DNA from: an uncultured Nitrososphaeraceae archaeon
GTDB taxonomy: Archaea; Thermoproteota; Nitrososphaeria; Nitrososphaerales; Nitrososphaeraceae
Length of the DNA: 64,000 bases
Direction: 5' to 3'
NCBI GenBank assembly: GCA_963837175.1
Contig: CAWIMJ010000050.1
Coordinates: forward strand, 1-64,000
In this document: piece by piece, positions 45,416 through 55,185 of the stretch
Position numbering within the stretch: the first letter of the stretch is position 1
Layout: each line of letters begins with the position of its first letter
The notes under the pieces: generated by a model
What the model was told of the DNA's origin: nothing
The model's input: the letters and a program-made list of their open reading frames with translations, nothing else
Databases searched by the model: none
Translations under genes and position numbers: made by a program

Positions 45416-46732
45416 ATGAGCGCGAGTAAAAAACCACATTTGAACTTGGTGGTTGTCGGTCATGTCGATAATGGTAAATCAACTACGGTAGGTCATTTGA
45501 TGGTCGATTTGGGTGTTATTGACCAAAGAACTATTGACTCATTTGCTAAGGAATCGGAAGCAACAGGAAAGGGAGACACCTTCAAGTATGCATGGGTTTT
45601 AGACAGTATTAAGGACGAACGTGATAGAGGCATTACTATTGATCTTGCTTTTCAAAAATTCGAAACTCCAAAATTCTTCTATACTTTGATCGATGCTCCT
45701 GGTCATAGAGATTTTATAAAAAATATGATTACGGGTGCATCTGAGGCAGATGCCGCCATTCTTGTTGTTTCAGTTAAACCAGGTGAAACAGAAGCTGCTG
45801 TAGAACCTGGTGGCCAGGCAAGAGAACATGCATTCCTTGCTAGGACTCTCGGAGTAAGTCAAATTGTAGTCGCCTTGAATAAGATGGATGATACTGGTTA
45901 TTCTGAAGCACGTTATAAAGAAGTCAAAGAGACAGTTGAAAAAATGTTGAAACTTGTTGGTTACAATATAAGTAAGGTGCAAATCATTCCTATTTCAGGA
46001 TGGAAAGGTGATAATCTAATAAAGAAGTCTGAAAATATGCCTTGGTATAAAGGTCCTACCCTTGCAGAAGCGTTGGACTCATTTGAACCACCAGAGAAAC
46101 CAGTAGGTAAGCCACTCAGAATTCCTATCCAAGATGTCTATTCTATCACAGGTGTAGGCACAGTACCTGTAGGTAGAGTAGAAACAGGTACCATTAGTGC
46201 AAATGATAAAGTAATAGTGATGCCAGCAGGTGTAACAGGAGAGGTTAAATCCATTGAAACTCATCACACACAAATGCAATCCGCAGAAGCTGGTGATAAT
46301 ATTGGCTTCAATCTGAGGGGTGTTGACAAGAAATCTATAAAGCGTGGAGATGTAATTGGTCCGGTAAATAACCCGCCTACTGTTGCAAAAGAATTAGAGG
46401 CACAAATTATAGTCATCCATCATCCAACCGCTATGGCACCAGGTTATACTCCTGTATTACATGCTCATACAGCTCAGGTGGCAGCAACTTTATCAGAATT
46501 TGTGGGAAAGATCGATCCAAAAACAGGCGGTGTTGTTGAAGAAAAACCTAAATTTTTGAAGACAGGGGATGCTGCAATAGTTCGAATAAAACCAGTAAGA
46601 CCTTTGGCCATCGAAACATTCAAAGAGTTTCCAGAGATCGGCAGATTTGCTTTAAGAGATATGGGAACGACGATCGCTGCAGGTGTTGTGAAGGCAATTA
46701 CTGAGAAATATGATCCCTCTTCTAAAAAGTAG
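45416..46732 (+). CDS. tuf: Translation elongation factor EF-1alpha
   Basis: GHVDNGKST, RGITID, DAPGHRDF and NKMD motifs; ATG 45416. Confidence 0.98.
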   Translation: MSASKKPHLNLVVVGHVDNGKSTTVGHLMVDLGVIDQRTIDSFAKESEATGKGDTFKYAWVLDSIKDERDRGITIDLAFQKFETPKFFYTLIDAPGHRDFIKNMITGASEADAAILVVSVKPGETEAAVEPGGQAREHAFLARTLGVSQIVVALNKMDDTGYSEARYKEVKETVEKMLKLVGYNISKVQIIPISGWKGDNLIKKSENMPWYKGPTLAEALDSFEPPEKPVGKPLRIPIQDVYSITGVGTVPVGRVETGTISANDKVIVMPAGVTGEVKSIETHHTQMQSAEAGDNIGFNLRGVDKKSIKRGDVIGPVNNPPTVAKELEAQIIVIHHPTAMAPGYTPVLHAHTAQVAATLSEFVGKIDPKTGGVVEEKPKFLKTGDAAIVRIKPVRPLAIETFKEFPEIGRFALRDMGTTIAAGVVKAITEKYDPSSKK

Positions 46733-46741
46733 GGAATAGAA

Positions 46742-47053
46742 ATGGCTCAAGAGGCAAGAATTAAGCTTACGAGTACTAATCTGTCTACACTTGAAGGTGT
46801 CTGCACCGAGATTAAGGGAATTGGAGAAAAGAACGGGATTAGACTCAAGGGTCCACATCCTCTTCCTACAAAAAAGATGAAAGTGGTTACTCGCAAATCG
46901 CCATGTGGACAGGGGACAAACACTTACGATAAATACGAACTTAGAATTCATAGAAGAGTCATCGATCTGGGAGCTGATGATAAGTCAATTAGACAGTTAA
47001 TGCGATTAAAAATACCTGATGACGTATACATAGAAGTATCACTTACTCAGTGA
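46742..47053 (+). CDS. rps10: 30S ribosomal protein S10 (uS10)
   Basis: GPHPLPTK, RKSPCGQG and RIHRRVID motifs; follows tuf. Confidence 0.97.
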   Translation: MAQEARIKLTSTNLSTLEGVCTEIKGIGEKNGIRLKGPHPLPTKKMKVVTRKSPCGQGTNTYDKYELRIHRRVIDLGADDKSIRQLMRLKIPDDVYIEVSLTQ

Positions 47054-47487
47054 GACCTGTATAAAATGGTGTCAAGTTTCTTTATTACTTTAATCCTTTA
47101 AGACTAGTTAATTTTCTAAATATTGTCTTTGATGGGTAATAGGACATATTATTATAGCATCGGATGTAAGATATAAAAATAAATAATAAAAAAATCAAAT
47201 AATATTCTAAAGATTGTGGGAATATGTATACAGCAACAGCTTCATTATCATATTTGCCAATATATCTCCACCCATCAGTTATCGGTTCTTCAGTAGTTCT
47301 CGCAGATTCGTGCAACATAGATCTGTGGAACTTTAGATTGCCTGCTATATGTGCAGTAAAATTGGTTGCTGTGTCAATCCTGTGTATGTATGTGTATCTC
47401 TAAGGTTAGCTTAATTTCCTTTGATAGTATCTTCTTATTCCTCATCAATTATATCAAGTTTCTTAAGACGTTGATGGCAGGGTATTC

Positions 47488-48173
47488 TCAGCTGAAGGGA
47501 AACACAAAAGGAGCATCACCATTATTTTCTGCTGATGAGGCTTTACCATTCTTTAAAGAATTACTGTTGTATGAAGTAGTGGTATCATTTACTTTTGATG
47601 TTGGTATTGGTTGTTCTTGTTGTTGTTCTTGATTCTTGTTCATCACGCCTAAGACAATTACGCTATTCCATTTTGTTAAGTTAGCAGGACTACTGAGACA
47701 AGATAATTTAGAAGTTAGTTCATTTGTTCCATTTACAATGAGATGGTAATTGTGTGTATATGTAAAATTCCATGTTGAATAATCATTTACTCCACCACTA
47801 CCAGTTGCACAGCTTTTTGAAATGGTTTTATATCATTTACATCGGCATACACTGTACAATCAGAAGTAGCATTATCTGTAGATGTACCAGAGATAGTGAG
47901 TTCTCCGACTGGAACATCTTGACCCTGTTCATGTGAAGTAATCTTTAATCCCAGTGGATTTTGTAATTGTGCATATATTGTAGTGTTAGTCAAAGTAACA
48001 GAAACAAAGATGATTATTGCTAAAGTAACGAGAGCGTAAATTGCCCTAAGAGTCTTATGAAATGAGAATGATAATAATGCCTTTTTCAAACTGTTTACAT
48101 TGCTTTTTAACAATTGGCAATATATAACCATTAGATTGCGATAATTCCGACCTCGATGGTTAAAAGATTTCAC
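47488..48173 (-). pseudogene. Secreted Ig-like Nitrososphaera-domain protein, frameshifted near 47810; start uncertain
   Basis: Signal peptide, then KITSHEQGQDVPVGELTISGTSTDNATSDC; the other frame continues TGSGGVNDYSTWNFTY...NELTSKLSC to TGA at 47488. Confidence 0.75.
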
Positions 48174-48527
48174 TTTAGGAGTTTATTTTAGCATATACCA
48201 AAGCGTCGTTAGTCTTGTCTAATTCTTATAATAACAAATTACATATTATATTTTTCCTAAAGCTGTAAAAGCGTATCTTGTTTAATTTCACGATGATTCT
48301 TTCTGATATAGTAACTGACAATTATGTTATACACATTACTTTTTTATGCTCTGTGGTAAGAGAAAAGGACAACCAATACAGTAGCAAGAAATGAGATACG
48401 ATATGATAAGTCCCGATATCGCAATTGAGCAATATGTTAAGTTACCAATATTATACAACCCTTTCAATGAATTTTGACTATACTTCCTACAAAATTAATT
48501 TAAATAATGAGATAATCTCTTATAATA

Positions 48528-49070
48528 ATGAATTTTAGATCTGCAGTCAAAGTATCTCTAGGAAATCTTATCGTATTCATACTGACATGTGCCTTAATGG
48601 GTATATCTTTTGCTCAAAGTAATTCAGATATTGATTTGTTGTTCCACCTGATAATATAACTGTCGCGACGGGAGCTTATGTCTTACAAGGCACAAGTGAT
48701 GACGGCATCTTCAAAGTACTGGTAGATTGGAAACAAAATTATCTAGACAAAGAAAATACTTTTGATCTAACATTTATAGATTCCAATTCTGGCGTACACA
48801 TTGAAAATATAAGCTATGATATAATGTTATTTAAGGATGATCAGCATATAGCAGAATCACACCGACCTGCTCAGACAGCAGGACAACAAAAGTTTGTCTT
48901 TCCTGATCAAGGATCTTATACTCTAAGAATTGAGAAAATTAACAATACAGGAGCAGGCATTGACATACCACTCAAAGTATTACCTAATTCCCTTTAACAT
49001 ATTTGCATTAATGATAGTTATACTACTATTTTAGTAGGATAATATTTCTACAAGTCTAAATTGGCAGATT
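48528..49070 (+). pseudogene. Secreted surface protein with a probable PEF-type C-terminal sorting signal, multiply frameshifted
   Basis: ATG 48528 and signal peptide, frameshift near 48635, open frame ...SYDIMLFK...GSYTLRIEKIN...IPLKVLP, then a degenerate (E)FP and hydrophobic tail. Confidence 0.55.
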
Positions 49071-49587
49071 AGGAAAATAAAAAAAATAGGGAATTGAATT
49101 TTACATTTTTTAATATACACATCCAATAATAAATATTATTGGTGCCTCTATCACTATTTCTTGTGACTATTCTTTTGTAACTTCATTTTTATCTAATTAA
49201 CAGCCGATATCCTTTTGACAAAATTGAACCGCTTATCTAGATACCTTTTACAGGATATTCTAGTAGCTCTTTTATTATATTATATAATAATAATCTAATA
49301 TATTAATCAATTATTTTTATAACTACCTATTATACGATCGTTTTTATTATAAGATTTCCAAAGGAAACTGATAAAACTCAAAATATGGTCATGCATATTT
49401 GATGATTGGTGTATTGAAGCAGTTAGTTTATAAATGAAATAGCTCGATAAATGTATAATTCTTGTAACTTGTTGAATTTGGATTAGATAGTATGACATTG
49501 ACGTCATTTATCAGTCTAATGGTTTATTATGGTGTTTAATACCATTGTTTACCAATATTTATATGTCAGTAATGTTCTACATCCATT

Positions 49588-50196
49588 GTGTCAACAAAAA
49601 AAGAAGAACGTAAAGAAGAGACAACAGTAACAACATCACAATCACAATCGCCATCACAGACAAGTGAACAGCAACAACAAGCTGTTAATAGGGCATTACA
49701 AGAAACCAAAGATAATATCAGAAAAACATCAGATGAGGCAAGAAATCAAATTCCACGATATACTCAAGCCGTCAATGATTATCAAGAGCAAACTATTCAA
49801 GCGACCAGAGAAATTGCAGATAACTATATAGATTCACAAAAAGAGATTATCAACTCATTCCAGTCGGCATTGATTCCTCAGCTTGAGAATGCAAACAGAG
49901 TATTATGGTCAAATTGGGTATCTCCAAGACACTTTACTGAAACATATGCAAGAATAGTAAGCAGCTTTGCTGATAACACGATTGCAGCAACCAGACTAGC
50001 AAATAATGCTATATTTGCAAATATGGAAGCGTTCAAGACATCTATGCAACATGCAAAAGAGAATGCAAAGGAATTATCAAGAATAGGTGTTAATGCTGCG
50101 AAGACATTCGAGCAGACTACAAGAGATGCTGACAGATCAGGTAATACTGTAAGTGGCTACTCTGTAGAAACAGAAGGACGACAAAGACGCTATTAG
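49588..50196 (+). CDS. Helical Gln/Ala-rich, phasin-like Nitrososphaera-family protein
   Basis: VNRALQETKDNIRK..DEARNQIPRYTQAVNDYQEQ pattern; all-helical composition. Confidence 0.75.
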   Translation: MSTKKEERKEETTVTTSQSQSPSQTSEQQQQAVNRALQETKDNIRKTSDEARNQIPRYTQAVNDYQEQTIQATREIADNYIDSQKEIINSFQSALIPQLENANRVLWSNWVSPRHFTETYARIVSSFADNTIAATRLANNAIFANMEAFKTSMQHAKENAKELSRIGVNAAKTFEQTTRDADRSGNTVSGYSVETEGRQRRY

Positions 50197-50742
50197 GTAT
50201 CAAGAACACAGATATCTTTTTTTCTCTTTTATTTTATAATAATTTATTATCATTCTATATAAGAAAAAAGTCTACATGATATCACTACATTAAAGAGTAT
50301 ATTCCATACAGTTTTCCTTCTTAAATCATCGTTAACCGTGGCATACAAGAAAGAGAGTTTAGCAAAAGGCTATAACTAAAAATTTATTTATTCAATTAAT
50401 TTGTTTTAGAAATTAATAATAATCCATAGTCGTCTATATCTTTGTCCAGTAAAAGGTCCCACAATATTAGAGATCAATAGCTAATGATGATACTATATAC
50501 AAATTGCTACCAAATTGATACAAATTAATAATTTGAAAAAATAATATATATATGATACAAAACTGTAAGTTATCAGTAAAAATTTTACTCTTGCTTTATC
50601 TTAATTGATTACCCATAATAATTTATATTATTCATTGTTATAAATAGCAAAAAGGGAAAAAATTATGAAATATTATGTATCATTCACTCCTATCTTCGAT
50701 CCTCCCGATAAATACCAATAGATATATAACTTATTATAAGTT

Positions 50743-51264
50743 ATGATGACAACAGTGCACATTATGGATATAGAGAAGTCTGTTATTGCCAAGTCAACAG
50801 GGCAACAAGATGAGAATGACATGAAGCCTCAAGACGCAGTACTATTTACTGTCTTACTCTCAGAAAAAAAATTATCTAAAAAGGAAGCTAATTACAGGGA
50901 AAAATATAACGAAAACACGAAAAACAGTCATTCTTGCATAAAGTGTAAATTTAATTTAGCTGATGAAAAGATGTGTCATGTTGTCGAAGGTGAAGTCAAT
51001 AATGATCTTGGTATTTCAAACTATTTCTCACCGAAAGGTGATGGAATGTTGCCAGGCGATATTGTATGGGAGTTCGTCAAGAAAACAGGAAGAAAACTGA
51101 AGTATGAAGAGGGACATGTTATTGAAAAAGGTGCAGAAGAATTCCAGTGCAAACACTGCAAATACTACATGTATTCCCATAGCTGTCTATTAATAAATGG
51201 TAGCTTTGAGCCGGAGATGAGTTGTGGATTCATAGTAAAGATCGGTAATGGGACGATTGTTTAA
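50743..51264 (+). CDS. Tandem HiPIP-like Cys-motif protein without a signal peptide
   Basis: KLSKKEANY...CxxC-x9-C-x13-S, and a second repeat CxxC-x8-C-x12-C. Confidence 0.7.
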   Translation: MMTTVHIMDIEKSVIAKSTGQQDENDMKPQDAVLFTVLLSEKKLSKKEANYREKYNENTKNSHSCIKCKFNLADEKMCHVVEGEVNNDLGISNYFSPKGDGMLPGDIVWEFVKKTGRKLKYEEGHVIEKGAEEFQCKHCKYYMYSHSCLLINGSFEPEMSCGFIVKIGNGTIV

Positions 51265-51839
51265 ATCATGTCAAAAGCGATTACCACTTGATTGTTTCTA
51301 TACTGCCTAACATAATTTCGTATATCCTTTAAAACCAAGTAAAAGGATTTTTTAAGCATAGTAAAGCTTACATATTAAGAAAAATCTGTAAACGAACTTT
51401 TGTTAGTTAGTATATAAATATAAAAATATATTATTAGTAAAATGCTAGATTTGAACAATTAGAATATAAGATGATTCAAATGATACGAAGTCTTCATTCT
51501 AATCTTAATTTGACCAACAATTGCTTCTACATTTTTAAGATATCCACAATCCAGTCGATCTGTAAAAATATCATTACACAGGAAAAGCATGATATAAATG
51601 CGCTCTTTATCTTTAAAATGAAATATTTAGAACTGACAATATACATTTGCTTTTTTGACAAAGCACAAGAGATTATCTCATTTCAAGTTATTTGGATATA
51701 TTAAATGGCCATTGTATACTTTATACGCAAGAAAACATATGGAAGAAAAAGGGGGTTTTAGGAATTATCAATCAATAATACTAATGTAGTTAAAACTGAC
51801 CGTTCTGATGATGACAATAATAACAATATCGTAGATGAC

Positions 51840-52799
51840 ATGAGAAACCAAAAGGGACATGAATATGATAATATTTTCGATGTGGCTATAATAGGTGCTG
51901 GATTTGCTGGGTTGTCTGCTGCATTGCTCCTTGGAAGATATCTTCTTCCCACGATAATTTTTAATGGCGGAGATACAAGAAATTCGATGAGTAAACATAT
52001 TCATGGGTATCTAGGTTTTGAAAATTTACCGCCAAAACAATTTATTCAAAAAGCTTGGGCAGATGTACTGCAATATGATTCAATCAAGGTAATAAAGCAA
52101 AAAGTTGATAAGATTGAAAGGTATGATCAATTCTTTCTGCTGATTACTGAAGGAGGAAGAAAGTCGGTAAAAGCAAAGTATATAATAATTGCAACAGGCA
52201 TTCAAGATGTAAAGCCCAACATAAAAAATTTCGAAGAATTTGACGGAAATGGAATATGGCATTGTCCTCACTGTGATGGGTTTCAAACTACCAACAAAAA
52301 ACTATCCATAATTACATCTAAAAAGAATAATCCCTTACGCTATGCAAAAGAGTTCTTGGGTTGGACTAAAGAGATAACCTTGTTTATGCAAGATGATGAT
52401 GATAAATATCACTTAGCAGATAATGAAAGAACCGAAGCCAAGACCTTGGGTATGGAGATAGTTGAAAATGACCAAGTAACAGAAATAATTGGGAGTCAAA
52501 GTGGATTTCCTGAAGGAGTTGTTTGTAAAAGTGGAAGATTCTATGCTACACAGGTAATATTTTATCATCTTGGATATTGCATTCAAAATCATCTTGCAAA
52601 ACAAGTAGGTTGTGAACTTGATGAAGGGTATGTTAAGATAAATGCCATGCAGAAAACAACCGTACCTAATGTTTATGCAGCTGGAGATATAGACACAGAC
52701 AGACATTATGTAGTCTTGGCTGCAGCTAGTGGTGCATTAGCTGCAATATCTATTTATGAAGAAATGTTAAAAGATGCAATTAGAATGATAAAAAGTTAA
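51840..52799 (+). CDS. TrxB-like FAD-dependent disulfide oxidoreductase
   Basis: GAGFAG, IATG, redox motif CPHCDG and YAAGD. Confidence 0.9.
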   Translation: MRNQKGHEYDNIFDVAIIGAGFAGLSAALLLGRYLLPTIIFNGGDTRNSMSKHIHGYLGFENLPPKQFIQKAWADVLQYDSIKVIKQKVDKIERYDQFFLLITEGGRKSVKAKYIIIATGIQDVKPNIKNFEEFDGNGIWHCPHCDGFQTTNKKLSIITSKKNNPLRYAKEFLGWTKEITLFMQDDDDKYHLADNERTEAKTLGMEIVENDQVTEIIGSQSGFPEGVVCKSGRFYATQVIFYHLGYCIQNHLAKQVGCELDEGYVKINAMQKTTVPNVYAAGDIDTDRHYVVLAAASGALAAISIYEEMLKDAIRMIKS

Positions 52800-53381
52800 C
52801 ATACCAATCAGAGTGTTATTTTTGGGCATCATTTGCATTGACAAATCTGTGGATTAATTGGAGCCGTGGTAGTATAAAATAAAATTGATGATAGATGATA
52901 ATACGTTTTTCTTTATTTTTTTTATCTAAAATGATGGCCAAATCATACCTACTAGAATTATACAAGAAAAGAAGACTGTCATACACTATTCTTATACTAG
53001 AGCGTAAAGAGAAAACCTTCAAAAAGACATCCGAAGATATTATTTAAGTTTCTTTTTCCATGATTCCCATTTTGATAATACATACTATTTTACATATCTC
53101 TATTCCTCAAGGATCTTTTTGCACTGTTATTTGAAGTGTTAATTATACTCTTCTAGTTCTTACTGTTCTTACTGAAGCTGATGATTTGTTTTTACTACCT
53201 TGATGAACAGAAAGAAAAGTAATTTTGAGCGTCCACGGTGTCAGAGTAAGTACATGTAATTCAAGTGACTTAAGGATATATGTATGATATTACAAATAAC
53301 AAATCAACAAGTAAAGAAAATTGACAGTTCAATTTTAGATTAATTATATGCTAGTAAATGTCTGGTATTTTGAAATTTGCC

Positions 53382-53720
53382 TTAGGTACTATTAATGAGA
53401 GTTTGTAAATTATGAAATAATGGTTTTATCTCTGAGATAGGACCTTGTATTTCAATCCTTGTAGTACCTTGTATATAGATTCTTGCTGTTCTAAAAATCA
53501 AACCCTTTTCCGTATATTCAATTCCCTGAAGCCTGTCGAGGCGCTCACTAACAATATCATCTGATTTTAGAAGGTGTCCTCTTTGTGCATATAATATTAT
53601 CCGTTTATCTGATATCAGAACTTTGTATTTTTTAGCTGCATATTGTACAAAGGTTGTGCTGTGAAATTTCACGTTTTCTAGAGGCAGCAAAAAATCCTGT
53701 AACGGCATTTGTTTTAACAT
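53382..53720 (-). CDS. Bacterial-type PH-domain protein
   Basis: LLPLENV...ISDKRIILY...IEYTEKGLIF pattern. Confidence 0.65.
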   Translation of the reverse strand: MLKQMPLQDFLLPLENVKFHSTTFVQYAAKKYKVLISDKRIILYAQRGHLLKSDDIVSERLDRLQGIEYTEKGLIFRTARIYIQGTTRIEIQGPISEIKPLFHNLQTLINST

Positions 53721-54316
53721 TAGGAATTTTCAGAATACTATATTTAGCAAAAACAGTTGCAAGAATTTACCAAAATTGGTAACTAATCCAAACGATCATA
53801 TGTTACATAATATTGTTCTATGTACCGTTTAAATATATGAACACGAACAACACCAGGATCGATTAGGATTTGCCTTCGTTGTCTATTGTGTATAACAACA
53901 GGCAAGGCGATTGCTACGACGGTGTTTTATATTGATAATTTATTAAAAAGCTTAAACTGCATTGATAGATTTAGAAACAGAATCTATACTTTCTTTTTTA
54001 AATATATTTATAACTTTATTATAGAACAAGAACTTTCGATTGTTGTCTCCCTTTCATGTCATTCATTGAACAGCTTACCTATTGTGACATAAAGCAATAC
54101 ACAATGTGTGTGTATCTGTGTGTGCAAATGTATGTTCTGCAACTGCTGTTGTTGTTATTAATGGGATATGTTATCTAAACACAATAGGACTTTATTTTGA
54201 TATTACAAAATCTAGAATAAAGTGAGCAGTTAAATTAACACCCAATTTGCATTTAAAATAAAATTTTAGTTCTATATTTCATCCATTCATAGCAAATTGT
54301 AGCGGTCAGAGCCGGA

Positions 54317-54634
54317 TCAAGAAGATCGACTTAATTCATGTCTTTCTATAGGCTCAGTTCCATTCTTGTAGGTAACTTTCAATAAATCACCTACTTGATA
54401 TTTACAATTAGAAATGGTCCTAGGATGATCAGATGTATCTACCACACATATTGCATCATTTTTACTGACTACTTTTGCTTCTTGCGTTACATTTTGCCTA
54501 AATAGATCAGCAAGAGGAAAGCCAAATATAAATTGGATAAAAAGAATAGTACCTATTATCGCTAAACCAAAGATTATGAGTAACTTCTTACCAGAAATTC
54601 CTTTTTCATTGGAAGAATCAAATTCATATCCCAT
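54317..54634 (-). CDS. Membrane-anchored small exported protein
   Basis: N-terminal transmembrane helix, then a beta-rich domain with a Cys pair. Confidence 0.7.
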   Translation of the reverse strand: MGYEFDSSNEKGISGKKLLIIFGLAIIGTILFIQFIFGFPLADLFRQNVTQEAKVVSKNDAICVVDTSDHPRTISNCKYQVGDLLKVTYKNGTEPIERHELSRSS

Positions 54635-55185
54635 GCTATGATAAGGATATAGTATGTAAAAAAGTATATCTCATTTATGGAATATCGGCTATATATTTAA
54701 GAGTAGTAGTGTTATCTTCTCGGGACTGCGATGTTTTTGTTGAGTCTAGGGGAAAGATAGGTCAAGACCCATTTTTTTGATGGATGGTTCGAATAACCAA
54801 TAGATTTGCATAGTGATAAATTATTTTGTAACATTTTATTTACTTAGAGGAGTATATGGTATGTTAATACTATTTTAAGCGATTTTTTAAAACTAACATA
54901 AAGTCAGAAAGAATTAAAAGATGAGAATAATCTCGAAAAAATAAAAATTAAAAGAAGATAGATAAATAAAAATAAGGGTAAACAAGAAGCATAATATAGC
55001 GCTTAATTTCATCTCCTTACATACTGAGTATAATTATCACGGTTTATACAATTTAAGAGGAAGAACAACAAGAGATTTAGATAGAATGTAGTATACACGC
55101 ACACAATCTGAAAGGTTATTATTAGTTTACGATGTAATAGTTATATGAAGCATTTAATACATTCATATTCGAAATTAAATAAGCA

